From IMG/VR virus record IMGVR_UViG_3300032223_002232, positions 96,001 through 160,000 of that record: DNA of 64,000 nt. One strand, 5' to 3'. The notes below the pieces were generated by a model, which saw only the letters and a program-made list of their open reading frames with translations, did not search any database and was not told the origin of the DNA. Every line of letters begins with the position of its first letter. The stretch's first letter is position 1. Origin of the DNA: a virus. The translations under genes were made by a program, and so were the position numbers. Below are positions 1 through 9,122 of the stretch, piece by piece.

Positions 1-33
1 TCTGTGTTTCTAATGCTTGTATTGTTTCCATAA

Positions 34-624
34 TTATAAAAAGAATAATCCGTTAGCTTTAGCGTAAAAATAAAGAGCAATTAATCCTAAAAGACCAACA
101 ATAATAACATTTCTCCAAAGAATAGCCAAATCTTTCTTCACAAGAAGCTTTTCATCGGCATTTAACTTATCAAGTATTTTATTTTTATTATTTCTTTCAG
201 TTGTAAGTTCATCAGTAACATTCTTTTTATCTTTTTCTATTTGTTGTGCATCCTTTGATATTTGATTTTTAATATCCCTATCTTTTAAAAGAGTTTGATA
301 TTCTGTAGAACCAATTACGACTACCTTTGATCCGCTATATTGATTTGGAACAAGAACAACTTCTGATTTTGAACCTTTTTTTGAATTTTTTACAACATCA
401 CCAGCTTCATATACTGCTGATATTTTTATTCTATGCTTTGGTTCTTTGACTAAACGTGTTGTTTGTTCAGTATAATAGTATGCAAGATCAACTCTACCTT
501 TATTTACAGAGTCATTTGCCGCATAAACATTCTGACTAAGTGCCTCACTTTGCTTTTCAGTATAAACTGTGCATCCAGCTAAAAGAATCAAGCTGTAAAA
601 AAGAATCAAAAATTTGAATTTCAT
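34..624 (-). CDS. Lipoprotein with C-terminal transmembrane helix; candidate unimolecular spanin
   Basis: Signal peptide with lipobox LLAG-C18, coiled-coil-like middle, hydrophobic C-terminal segment VIIVGLLGLIALYFYA; late motif TAAATA 5 nt upstream. Confidence 0.6.
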   Translation of the reverse strand: MKFKFLILFYSLILLAGCTVYTEKQSEALSQNVYAANDSVNKGRVDLAYYYTEQTTRLVKEPKHRIKISAVYEAGDVVKNSKKGSKSEVVLVPNQYSGSKVVVIGSTEYQTLLKDRDIKNQISKDAQQIEKDKKNVTDELTTERNNKNKILDKLNADEKLLVKKDLAILWRNVIIVGLLGLIALYFYAKANGLFFL

Positions 625-636
625 ACAAGTATTTAA

Positions 637-978
637 TTACTTGGATGATTTGTCAATAGTCTTTTTTGTTTTTTCTACTGGAATCTCTTCTATTGAATAA
701 TTCTCAATACGAGAATCTACTTTATTATCATTTTCATCAGAAAAATGTACATATTCACCAGTTGTCATGGGTTTATTTAAAGTGACCCATTGATTTACAA
801 CTTTGCCACCATTGTAAAATGATATACGATAAGCAATTAATGGTTTTGGCGTTTCAACAACTACTGACTGTTGATTTTTTTTATTATGTTCAGTAAAATA
901 CATCATCATTACAAACATAGGAACAATTACAAATGCAAATATCTGCAATATACCATTAAAAATATCTTTAGCACTCAT
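637..978 (-). CDS. Membrane-anchored hypothetical protein
   Basis: Single N-terminal hydrophobic helix followed by a soluble domain. Confidence 0.55.
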   Translation of the reverse strand: MSAKDIFNGILQIFAFVIVPMFVMMMYFTEHNKKNQQSVVVETPKPLIAYRISFYNGGKVVNQWVTLNKPMTTGEYVHFSDENDNKVDSRIENYSIEEIPVEKTKKTIDKSSK

Positions 979-1298
979 TTGTTATCGTCTATTTGTTTTT
1001 TAGCTTGCTGATAATTAATCTTTATATCTTTAATTGCTTGTTCTTTGTAAAGATCAAACTTGGTTTCAAACAAATAATAATCTGTAAAATCATGAAAATT
1101 AAATTTTGGTAATGGTTTTTCATGTGTTTTAACTTCTTTAACATTAAAAATATAATGATAACTTAAAAGAATACAAACAATAAAAATTCCAAATATTACT
1201 GTTTTAAATGCTCCTGCAATAACTCTTTCTATTAACCATATAGATAAAATTACAAGGAATGTTAAAATTATAATTTCAAGTGGATTATCAAAGTTCAT
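975..1298 (-). CDS. Two-TM membrane protein (possible holin)
   Basis: Two N-terminal hydrophobic helices and a charged C-terminus; near the spanin candidate. Confidence 0.4.
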   Translation of the reverse strand: MNFDNPLEIIILTFLVILSIWLIERVIAGAFKTVIFGIFIVCILLSYHYIFNVKEVKTHEKPLPKFNFHDFTDYYLFETKFDLYKEQAIKDIKINYQQAKKQIDDNK

Positions 1299-1299
1299 A

Positions 1300-1935
1300 T
1301 TATGCTAAATTTCTGTTTATAAAAATTTCAATTTTAACAATAACTGCATTAAGTCTATGAAATCCTTTACTAATATTCCACCATAGATATCTCCAATTAT
1401 TAAAAGTAATTTTGTTCATAAAGACACGAAATCTATTATGTAATTTTTTTTTGTCAGACTCTATACGAGCTTCCCATTCATCATTTGTTTTTTTAATTTG
1501 TTTAGCTGTTTGTGATAAACGTATTTCAACTTTTTTTAATTTTCCTTGAAGGATACCATTTACAAACTTTCCAACAAATTCTGCCCAATACTCATTTCCG
1601 TCTTCATCAAAGATAGAGTCATAAAAATAAACATCACCAGTAAATTTTTCAAGTTTATATTTTCTAGATTTCTCCTTAAATTCATAAGGCCAACAAAACT
1701 TGCCTTGTTTCTTGATTTTCTTTTCTTCTTTTTCAGAAATTATACGAATATTTTCACCTTCAATAAAAAGACCATAAAGTTTACCGTTCTTTCTAATTAT
1801 ATATGTTGAAAGAGTGCAATCCAAATCTTTAGTTTGATATACAATATCTTTCCAATTAACTTTAGAAAACTTTACTTGCTCTTTCTTATTTAAAGGAAGA
1901 GGTAGTTCACATTTAATACTATCAAACATTCCCAT
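1300..1935 (-). CDS. Hypothetical phage protein
   Basis: 211-aa ORF tightly packed in a leftward operon. Confidence 0.6.
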   Translation of the reverse strand: MGMFDSIKCELPLPLNKKEQVKFSKVNWKDIVYQTKDLDCTLSTYIIRKNGKLYGLFIEGENIRIISEKEEKKIKKQGKFCWPYEFKEKSRKYKLEKFTGDVYFYDSIFDEDGNEYWAEFVGKFVNGILQGKLKKVEIRLSQTAKQIKKTNDEWEARIESDKKKLHNRFRVFMNKITFNNWRYLWWNISKGFHRLNAVIVKIEIFINRNLA

Positions 1936-1936
1936 A

Positions 1937-2221
1937 TTATTTTATATTTTTATTTGTAAAATTAGGATCTGAAATATTGTACCAATTTGGATTTTCTGGT
2001 GATTTATAAAGAATATCTCCATCATGAGATGCTGTTACAACACTATTGTTTGCAGTTGGTAAAGGCAATTCATCTTTACTGTAACAGTTTAACGGAGCAA
2101 TGCCATATTTTGCATACGGATTACCCAATCCTTTTGGTTTATTTTGCTCCTCTAAAGCATTTGCAATTCTTAATAAGGAGGCTGCTATATCTTTTAAAGA
2201 TAAATCTATTTGTGTTATCAT
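1937..2221 (-). CDS. Hypothetical protein
   Basis: ORF packed in the operon with 1-12 nt gaps. Confidence 0.55.
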   Translation of the reverse strand: MITQIDLSLKDIAASLLRIANALEEQNKPKGLGNPYAKYGIAPLNCYSKDELPLPTANNSVVTASHDGDILYKSPENPNWYNISDPNFTNKNIK

Positions 2222-2233
2222 ATTTTTATATTA

Positions 2234-2473
2234 TCATTTTTGTTTTAAATGTCCACCAAAAAATTCATGAACAATTTTACATGCTTCTAAATACTTTTCA
2301 TCATAAGCAAGATCTTCATGCCATGTTGCAGGTACTTTAGAACCTTTTGATTTAATATCATCTTTAGTTTTCTTAATAGATTTTTTTAAGAATTTTATAG
2401 TTTCACTAAGAACATCTCTTGTTATAACATCAGCTGTTTCGCCGTCAATTTCGTATTTCATATTTTTGTCCAT
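2234..2473 (-). CDS. Hypothetical protein
   Basis: ORF packed in the operon. Confidence 0.55.
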   Translation of the reverse strand: MDKNMKYEIDGETADVITRDVLSETIKFLKKSIKKTKDDIKSKGSKVPATWHEDLAYDEKYLEACKIVHEFFGGHLKQK

Positions 2474-2763
2474 GAATCGTTAACAGGGTATGATGATTCA
2501 TGAAAGCCCCATTGACCCCAAAATCCACTACCTTTAGTTTGATGATTATTGGAACCAAATTTAAAAAGATCAGTTTCAATCTTTTTTATAGGTTTGTGAT
2601 TAGGAATTACAATGGCACACTTACCAGTGGTGTTAACAATAACAGCTACGCCATCCATGTTTTCATATGAAGACATCTCTTCAATATGCTTGGCATAGAT
2701 CTCGGCTACATCTCTACCAATATGAATGACGTAACTGTTTTTAAATGCGGATATAGGAATCAT
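2458..2763 (-). CDS. Hypothetical protein
   Basis: ATGA overlap with the upstream phosphoesterase gene. Confidence 0.55.
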   Translation of the reverse strand: MIPISAFKNSYVIHIGRDVAEIYAKHIEEMSSYENMDGVAVIVNTTGKCAIVIPNHKPIKKIETDLFKFGSNNHQTKGSGFWGQWGFHESSYPVNDSWTKI

Positions 2764-3599
2764 AGATTTTTATAAATTTCATCATATGTTCCAATATTCA
2801 ATTTGTCAATCAATTTTTTCCTTCTCTTTTCTTGAGATACAAGATAGAAGTTTGGTAAACCAGTATCAATTGGTTCAGCATTACCATCTTCGTCAATTTC
2901 AAGAACTTGATTTAACCCACAATCAATGTTGGCATTAAGACCACCATTTTCATACCAACAACTAATTTTTCCCATCGTAGGAGTATGACCATAAACTTGT
3001 CTAAGTCCTCTGGAAACATGACCTTCTCTGAAATCATCACACCAGAGGATACCACCAACTTTTTGCATACCTCCACGACAACGACCAACCGCACCAATAG
3101 TTTCATTCCATGTACGGTTTAGATAATCATCAGTAGCTTTTGTGAGTTTATCAAGAATAGCATCATTACTCATACCTTTAATTGGATGTTCAAACCAATG
3201 AGGATGAATACCAGCATGAGTAAACCAGCAACCATTGCCAAAATGAGCAAATTTGATTTTATCCCAATCAGATTCAGTCATTATACGATTGATTGCATCA
3301 TCCTTCCTCATATCATAGCCAGAACAATTATAGATGTTCTGAGGGTGTCCTTGAGCGTCTGTGATGTAGTTCAAGTATGAGTAGTTGATATCATGATTAC
3401 CCATTAAATGTATACGATTAGGTTTATCAAGCGATTCTTTGAGCCATTGTGCAGTCTGTATAGCATCTTGTGCAGTATCTCCAAAATCATCAAAATAATC
3501 TCCTATAAATACCACAGTATGAGTCTTGGCATAAAGAGAAGCGATCTCTTCAGCTTCAACCCAATGGTTGTGAATGTCTCCTATGGCTATAATGTTCAT
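2760..3599 (-). CDS. Calcineurin-like metallophosphoesterase
   Basis: Motifs GDIH, GDYFD, GNHD, THAG, GHT. Confidence 0.9.
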   Translation of the reverse strand: MNIIAIGDIHNHWVEAEEIASLYAKTHTVVFIGDYFDDFGDTAQDAIQTAQWLKESLDKPNRIHLMGNHDINYSYLNYITDAQGHPQNIYNCSGYDMRKDDAINRIMTESDWDKIKFAHFGNGCWFTHAGIHPHWFEHPIKGMSNDAILDKLTKATDDYLNRTWNETIGAVGRCRGGMQKVGGILWCDDFREGHVSRGLRQVYGHTPTMGKISCWYENGGLNANIDCGLNQVLEIDEDGNAEPIDTGLPNFYLVSQEKRRKKLIDKLNIGTYDEIYKNL

Positions 3600-3606
3600 G
3601 GTTAGG

Positions 3607-3635
3607 ATTATTGCAGATTTATTCTACCGTGTCAA
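3607..3635 (-). promoter_or_regulatory. sigma70-type promoter of the phosphoesterase operon
   Basis: TTGACA-17nt-AATAAT, 7 nt before ATG. Confidence 0.65.
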
Positions 3636-3647
3636 CTTTGATTTACG

Positions 3648-3703
3648 GTAATTACAAGTAATTGCAATTACATATACAATATTAAATACAATAATATACA
3701 ATA
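3648..3703. repeat. Palindromes and AT-rich direct repeats
   Basis: GTAATTAC (3648-3655), perfect 14-bp palindrome GTAATTGCAATTAC (3658-3671), three ATACAATA copies at 3674, 3686, 3696. Confidence 0.7.
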
Positions 3704-3737
3704 ATATTAAATATCTTAAAATAAAGCAGACATTAAT

Positions 3738-3766
3738 ATTTTACAAAACACATACAACAATGTCAA
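3738..3766 (-). promoter_or_regulatory. Near-consensus sigma70 promoter firing into a non-coding AT-rich tract
   Basis: TTGACA-17nt-TAAAAT on the minus strand. Confidence 0.65.
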
Positions 3767-3771
3767 GGGGT

Positions 3772-4251
3772 TTACTTCAACTTTTTTTTGTTATATGAAA
3801 TAAATTCCAAATCTTCACCACTTGGAATGAGGCAAGGTATGTCATTAAATGTACCTTTTATATTTTTAAATAGCCCTGTTTCTTCTGTTTCTACAAAATT
3901 GTTTAATCTATTTTTAAGAATAGTTCTTGCAATCTTTATAAATTTTTCTGGATCTTTGTAAAATGATTTCCAATCATTTAATTCTTCTTTTTTATGAAAA
4001 TAACATAATATTTTACAGTTATGCTTGCTCAATTTATCATTAATGATAATTAACGCATCTGTAACATACAATTGTAGATATTCTCTTATACGAGTAGACT
4101 TCTCAACTACAAAATTGTCCTTTGTAAGATTCCATTCAAAACAATGATCTACATAATCAGCAGCTAATTCTTCAATATAGTCAAAGATATCAAAGATAAA
4201 GATATTATCTTTTAAATAATAGATAAAATACTGTTTATTTTTTCTTATCAT
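3772..4251 (-). CDS. Hypothetical protein
   Basis: 159-aa ORF overlapping the upstream gene. Confidence 0.6.
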   Translation of the reverse strand: MIRKNKQYFIYYLKDNIFIFDIFDYIEELAADYVDHCFEWNLTKDNFVVEKSTRIREYLQLYVTDALIIINDKLSKHNCKILCYFHKKEELNDWKSFYKDPEKFIKIARTILKNRLNNFVETEETGLFKNIKGTFNDIPCLIPSGEDLEFISYNKKKLK

Positions 4252-4777
4252 TGTTGCTGATTATAGCATCAACTAGAATCTCTTCAACAATTTCTTGTGG
4301 TAATGCTAAATTAGCATGTTTTACTGTTTCAGTAAGTTGTTTATATTGTTCTTGCAATCTTTCTCTAAGTTCAAAAGCTTTAATTGTTTGTTCTTTTGTT
4401 AAATTTGTGTATTTAGGCTTTGTTTGGAAATTAAAAGCCTCTAGTAAAGGTTGACTTGCATTTGATATGATTCCATACAACCTCTTATAAAAACGATTTA
4501 GAGGTGTCATATGAGTCATTTCCTGCTTATTGGTAACATTCTCATACAAATAATTTAAAACAGCAGATTTTTCAGTCTGCTCTTTGACACTTAAAAGATA
4601 TTCTGGACCTCTAACGTGAATTTTACCAAAAGGGTTAAATGGACAACCTGAACCTTGTACCTTTGAACCACAATAAATGCATTTATTAGGTGCATCGAAG
4701 TGAACATGGGTATTTGTAGGTGAAAAAATACACGGTCTTCCGTATGTGTTAGAATTGCAATAAATACAGTGACTCAT
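4235..4777 (-). CDS. Protein with two tandem Cys/His zinc-finger-like repeats
   Basis: CIYCNS..GRPC..PTNTHVH and CIYCGS..GSGC..PFGKIHV. Confidence 0.65.
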   Translation of the reverse strand: MSHCIYCNSNTYGRPCIFSPTNTHVHFDAPNKCIYCGSKVQGSGCPFNPFGKIHVRGPEYLLSVKEQTEKSAVLNYLYENVTNKQEMTHMTPLNRFYKRLYGIISNASQPLLEAFNFQTKPKYTNLTKEQTIKAFELRERLQEQYKQLTETVKHANLALPQEIVEEILVDAIISNNDKKK

Positions 4778-4779
4778 AT

Positions 4780-5220
4780 CTATATAATTACCCCTTTACC
4801 CTTAAATTTCTCCATTTCTGCTTTAGGAGCCTTACCAATTCTACAATTTATAATGCCATTATGGTATTCATCTTTAAAAAGAACCTCTTTATCTATCTGT
4901 TCTTTGATTTCAAAGTAAGCCAATGCCCATTTTGAATCACATGTTCTTAAAATTTTAAAGATAAACTTGTCTTTACCATACTTTTTGATCTCTTCATTAA
5001 GATCATTTGAAGAACTAGTATAAGATTTCCAATCAGATTCTTTAAAATCTATTCTATTTCTAGTTTTACCCTTTAGAGGTTTTCTTTTAATTCTGGATTG
5101 GCATTGTTTTTTACCAATATATTTTTTATTGGTGACCGTATTGATTATCTCATAGATAAAACCAAAAGTTTCTTCTGTTATTTCAACAGATTCATTTAAA
5201 ATCCAATGACCAGTATCCAT
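4780..5220 (-). CDS. GIY-YIG endonuclease
   Basis: GFIYEIINTVTNKKYIGKK motif, downstream conserved E and HNG. Confidence 0.85.
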   Translation of the reverse strand: MDTGHWILNESVEITEETFGFIYEIINTVTNKKYIGKKQCQSRIKRKPLKGKTRNRIDFKESDWKSYTSSSNDLNEEIKKYGKDKFIFKILRTCDSKWALAYFEIKEQIDKEVLFKDEYHNGIINCRIGKAPKAEMEKFKGKGVII

Positions 5221-5483
5221 TACATTCCTATTTTATTTCTTTTAATTACTCCAAAAATAGATTTAGGTAATTTATTTTGTTTTTCTACTGGAAAATAAGG
5301 TTTTGTTTTTTTCTTTTTTGGTTTCTGTGTAATTTTACCACCAACTGTCATGCCATACACTGAATTTTTGGTCATTGCAGCTGCTTCTGTACCAGCAGGA
5401 GCAGCACCTTGAACTGGTGCATCTACTACTTGTCCAAAATCTTCTATTATTTGTGAATATTTTTGTTGAAATTTGTAAAACAT
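5220..5483 (-). CDS. Small basic protein with capsid-targeting-like N-terminus
   Basis: N-terminus KFQQKYSQIIED; Lys-rich C-terminus. Confidence 0.5.
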   Translation of the reverse strand: MFYKFQQKYSQIIEDFGQVVDAPVQGAAPAGTEAAAMTKNSVYGMTVGGKITQKPKKKKTKPYFPVEKQNKLPKSIFGVIKRNKIGM

Positions 5484-5513
5484 GTTATATAATTTACCTT
5501 ACATTATATACTT

Positions 5514-5912
5514 ATGGATTTATTGTCTAAATATAACGAAGAAATTGTTGAAGATGCAAAAATCGATCAACTTAATATTCTTGAAAAACAACTCATGCTT
5601 CCAGCAATAAAGCACAAGTGGGTTGCTCGTTTAATTGAACAGAAAAGAAATAAAATAATGTTAGAAAGAAAAAAGAAAGAACTTAAAGAACAAGTTCTAT
5701 CAAAAATAACAGCTGAAGGAATTCCAACAGGTATCCCACAAGCTGCTATAAACAGAAAAGTAGAATCTTCTGAGATAATCAGAAAGATTGATGAAGATCT
5801 AAAGGACGTAGATCTTGTAATTGAATATCTAGAAAAAGTTGAAAAGATATTCAGTTCCATTACCTTTGATATAGGTAATGCCACCAAATTAATGGTGTTG
5901 GAAACAACATAA
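5514..5912 (+). CDS. uvsY: UvsY-like recombination mediator
   Basis: Helical 132-aa protein with KHKW and YLEKVEK...FDIGNA motifs, directly upstream of uvsW. Confidence 0.75.
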   Translation: MDLLSKYNEEIVEDAKIDQLNILEKQLMLPAIKHKWVARLIEQKRNKIMLERKKKELKEQVLSKITAEGIPTGIPQAAINRKVESSEIIRKIDEDLKDVDLVIEYLEKVEKIFSSITFDIGNATKLMVLETT

Positions 5913-7369
5913 TGATCAACATAAATCTTGTTAACAATAAACAGGCACAAATAACAACAGACATTGGAACCCTAAATTTAATTAGGGAGAAATTTTCCAT
6001 AGCAAATCCAGCTTTTCGTAAAAATAATCGTTTTGCGCCAGCAAGACTTTATGCCATCAGTCCTTTAGGTAAATTTGATATCGGTTTACTTGAAAATATC
6101 AAAGCATACCTTGATTCTGAACAATCATTTTACAAAGTTGATAGTAATTTAGAAAATAAATTTAAAAATGGGTTTGATGATCCAATTATTAAAAAATATT
6201 GTATGATATACAGAGATCATCAAGACAAATCTATAAGAAAAGCTATAGAAAAGGGTAGAGGGGTTATTATTATTCCTACAGCTGGTGGTAAAACTCTTAT
6301 CATGGCAGGTATTATAGAAAGTTTAAGACTTAATATAAACAAACCAAAGGCAAAAGCTTTGGTTATTGTTCCATCTTTACAGCTTGTAACTCAAACCTCA
6401 AAAGATTTTGAAGAATATGGTATGTCTGATGTCACAAAATGGTCTGGTGATAATATACCTAATGCTGAAGCTACAACTATTGTTGCTGGTACACAAATAC
6501 TTTTAAGTAATAAGACAGATTTATCACTTTTAGATGATATTGACATACTTCTTATTGATGAAACTCATGGATTAAGACGAGGAAACGAAATCAATAAAGT
6601 TTTAGGTCTTATAAAAACTGATTACAGGTTTGGGTTTACTGGAACCATGCCACCATCTTTGATTGATCAATGGAATATCATTGGAAAAATTGGTCCAGTT
6701 CTTTACGAAGAAAAAACAAAAGATCTTGAACTTAAAAATTATGTTTCAAGTTTTAAAATCACAATCATAAATGTTAATCATAGAAATATTCCAAAATTTG
6801 GAGCTAATACCATTAGACCTACCGAAGCCTATGAAAACGAATTAGCATATTTGATGAATGATGTCAGAAGAAACGAAATTATAGCAAAGCTTGCAATTAA
6901 ATTAAACAATAATACTGTTATCATGGTAGATAGAATTGATCATGGTATTGAATTAGAACAAAAATTAAGATCTTTACAGATAACAGAAGATCCAAATCTT
7001 TCAAAATCTGTTTATAATCCGCCAAGACCAGTTTTTTTTATTAGAGGATCGACTGAAGTAGACGAAAGAGAAAAAATTAGAGAATTAATGAATGAACGCA
7101 ATGATGTTATTGTCATAGCGGTATCTAAAATTTTTAGTACAGGTATTAACATACCTAATCTTCACAATATAATATTTGCATCAGCAGGTAAAGCAAAGAT
7201 TAAAATCATGCAATCTATTGGTAGAGCTTTACGTTTGCATCATACAAAAACAATGGCAAATATTTTTGACATTTCTGATAATACAAAGTATGGCAAAACA
7301 CATTTAGCAGAAAGAATTAAACTTTATGAAACAGAAAAATACAACTACGAAAAAAAAGAAATTCAATGA
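5912..7369 (+). CDS. uvsW: UvsW-like SF2 DNA helicase
   Basis: Walker A PTAGGKT, DETH, TGT, STGINI, QSIGRALR. Confidence 0.92.
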   Translation: MININLVNNKQAQITTDIGTLNLIREKFSIANPAFRKNNRFAPARLYAISPLGKFDIGLLENIKAYLDSEQSFYKVDSNLENKFKNGFDDPIIKKYCMIYRDHQDKSIRKAIEKGRGVIIIPTAGGKTLIMAGIIESLRLNINKPKAKALVIVPSLQLVTQTSKDFEEYGMSDVTKWSGDNIPNAEATTIVAGTQILLSNKTDLSLLDDIDILLIDETHGLRRGNEINKVLGLIKTDYRFGFTGTMPPSLIDQWNIIGKIGPVLYEEKTKDLELKNYVSSFKITIINVNHRNIPKFGANTIRPTEAYENELAYLMNDVRRNEIIAKLAIKLNNNTVIMVDRIDHGIELEQKLRSLQITEDPNLSKSVYNPPRPVFFIRGSTEVDEREKIRELMNERNDVIVIAVSKIFSTGINIPNLHNIIFASAGKAKIKIMQSIGRALRLHHTKTMANIFDISDNTKYGKTHLAERIKLYETEKYNYEKKEIQ

Positions 7370-8048
7370 GAATTATAAAAAGAAAATTCTAGACAATGAT
7401 AATGTCTATGAATTTAAAGATGACGTTGAAGATGAAATATTAGACGATCATTATGATTCAAGAGATGATACTGATGTTGAATTAGAAATTCAAGATGATG
7501 ATGTCGATTTAGTTGCAGAAGCAATTGAAGTTGTCGATATTGTTGTTCAAAAAGAAGTTGTCGATATTGTTGTTCAAGAAGAAGTTGTTGTAGAAGAAAT
7601 TATAATAAAAAAAGGTAAAAGAATAGCAGATAAAACTAAATTCTATGTTGAACCTAAAAAGTTTGATGAAGAAATCATGAAATATTATGATTCTGGTAAA
7701 ATGAGCAATGAATTAGCAGAAATGGTTAGTAAAATTTCACACAAACTCAGCTATGCACCTAACTTTATTAACTATTCTTATAGAGAAGAGATGGTTGGTG
7801 ATGGTGTCATTAGAATGATGAAAGCTTTAATTGCTAAAAAATATAATCGTGAAAAGGGAACAAATCCTTTCTCATATTTCACTAGAATTGCGTTTAATGC
7901 TTTCAGAAACAGAATTAAAAAAGAAAAACATATACACGAAACACATGAAAAGTATCAGAAAGAACTTATGTTTATGTCTGAGCAATTTAGTAACATGTCT
8001 AAAAATAATAACATTCGTATAATGAAAGAAAGGAATAGAGAGTATTGA
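7326..8048 (+). CDS. gp55: gp55-like late-transcription sigma factor with acidic N-terminal extension
   Basis: LSYAPNFINYSYREEMVGDG and NPFSYFTRIAFNAFRNRIKKEK motifs. Confidence 0.88.
   Translation: MKQKNTTTKKKKFNENYKKKILDNDNVYEFKDDVEDEILDDHYDSRDDTDVELEIQDDDVDLVAEAIEVVDIVVQKEVVDIVVQEEVVVEEIIIKKGKRIADKTKFYVEPKKFDEEIMKYYDSGKMSNELAEMVSKISHKLSYAPNFINYSYREEMVGDGVIRMMKALIAKKYNREKGTNPFSYFTRIAFNAFRNRIKKEKHIHETHEKYQKELMFMSEQFSNMSKNNNIRIMKERNREY
7527..7577 (+). repeat. 27-bp-period tandem duplication in the gp55 N-terminal extension
   Basis: GAAGTTGTCGATATTGTTGTTCAA at 7527 and 7554. Confidence 0.9.
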
Positions 8049-8072
8049 TATTTTCTATACATCTGTTATAAT
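8045..8072 (+). promoter_or_regulatory. sigma70-type promoter for gp47 and the GT island
   Basis: TTGATA-16nt-TATAAT with extended -10 TG, 6 nt before ATG. Confidence 0.65.
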
Positions 8073-8078
8073 ACACAG

Positions 8079-9122
8079 ATGCCAAAAATTTTAAATAAAA
8101 ATATAGGTTTATTTTCAGATATACATCTTGGATTGGGTCAAGATAGTAAAAACTGGCACAAGGTTGCTATTGATTTTGCAAAATGGGCATCTGAAAAGTT
8201 TAAATCTGAAAATATTGAAGAATTAATCATTCCCGGTGACATATTTCACAATAGAAGTGAAATATCTGTAGAAACTTTATCTATTGCAAAAGAATTTTTT
8301 GAATATTTTAAAGATTTTACAATTTATATTTCAACAGGAAATCATGATTGTTTTAAAAAGGAATCTAGTGATATAAATTCTATAAAATTATTAGATGGAT
8401 GGAATAACATTCATGTTATTGATAATGAACCATTAATTTTACAAACCAATTATAAAAAAACTATTGGACTTGTTCCTTGGGGAACAACTCTAGACAATTT
8501 TCCAAAATGTGATATTATGTTTGCTCACCTTGAAATTAATTCGTTTTATATGAATTCATACAAGGTTTGCGAACATGGATTCTCACATAAAGACTTATTT
8601 AAAAATTCTCCTTATATTATTTCTGGTCATTTTCATAAAAGAGATCATAGAAAATTTGAAAAGGGGGAAATTCTTTATTTGGGCAGTCCGTATCAGCACA
8701 ATTTTGGCGATACCAATGATGATAGGGGTATTTATATATTTAATATTGAAGAAAATTCATTTAAGTTTATCGAAAATAATATTTCCCCAAAGCACGTTAA
8801 GTTATCGGTAAAGACACTTCTTGAAAATTCCGATAAAGTAGATGATATAACAAAAAACAATATAATAAGTGTTGTTGTTGATACTAAAGTTGATCAAAAA
8901 GATATACTATCTCTACAAGCTAAGTTAGCATCAATGGGTCCAATGTCATTAAGACTTGATTATCAAGAACCAGATGAGAAATTATTATCAAACGGCAAAG
9001 ATGATGACTATCAAGGAGAAAATCTTTACAAAAATATAGAGGAGTACATTAACAATCTTGACATAGAAAACAAAAAAGAAGTTGTAGAATATGTAAAAGA
9101 GTTGTATAATTCATTAATATGA
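8079..9122 (+). CDS. gp47: gp47 recombination endonuclease subunit (Mre11/SbcD-like)
   Basis: SDIHLG, GDIFH, GNHD, SGHFH, YLGSPY motifs; follows gp55. Confidence 0.92.
   Translation: MPKILNKNIGLFSDIHLGLGQDSKNWHKVAIDFAKWASEKFKSENIEELIIPGDIFHNRSEISVETLSIAKEFFEYFKDFTIYISTGNHDCFKKESSDINSIKLLDGWNNIHVIDNEPLILQTNYKKTIGLVPWGTTLDNFPKCDIMFAHLEINSFYMNSYKVCEHGFSHKDLFKNSPYIISGHFHKRDHRKFEKGEILYLGSPYQHNFGDTNDDRGIYIFNIEENSFKFIENNISPKHVKLSVKTLLENSDKVDDITKNNIISVVVDTKVDQKDILSLQAKLASMGPMSLRLDYQEPDEKLLSNGKDDDYQGENLYKNIEEYINNLDIENKKEVVEYVKELYNSLI

Noticed and set aside
3772-4251. Possible truncated RNase H/5' exonuclease
   Set aside because: Resemblance is vague and the acidic catalytic motifs could not be identified
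4780-5220. GIY-YIG gene as a mobile homing endonuclease
   Set aside because: Catalytic domain only, no DNA-binding extension, and it does not interrupt a gene; more likely a resident nuclease
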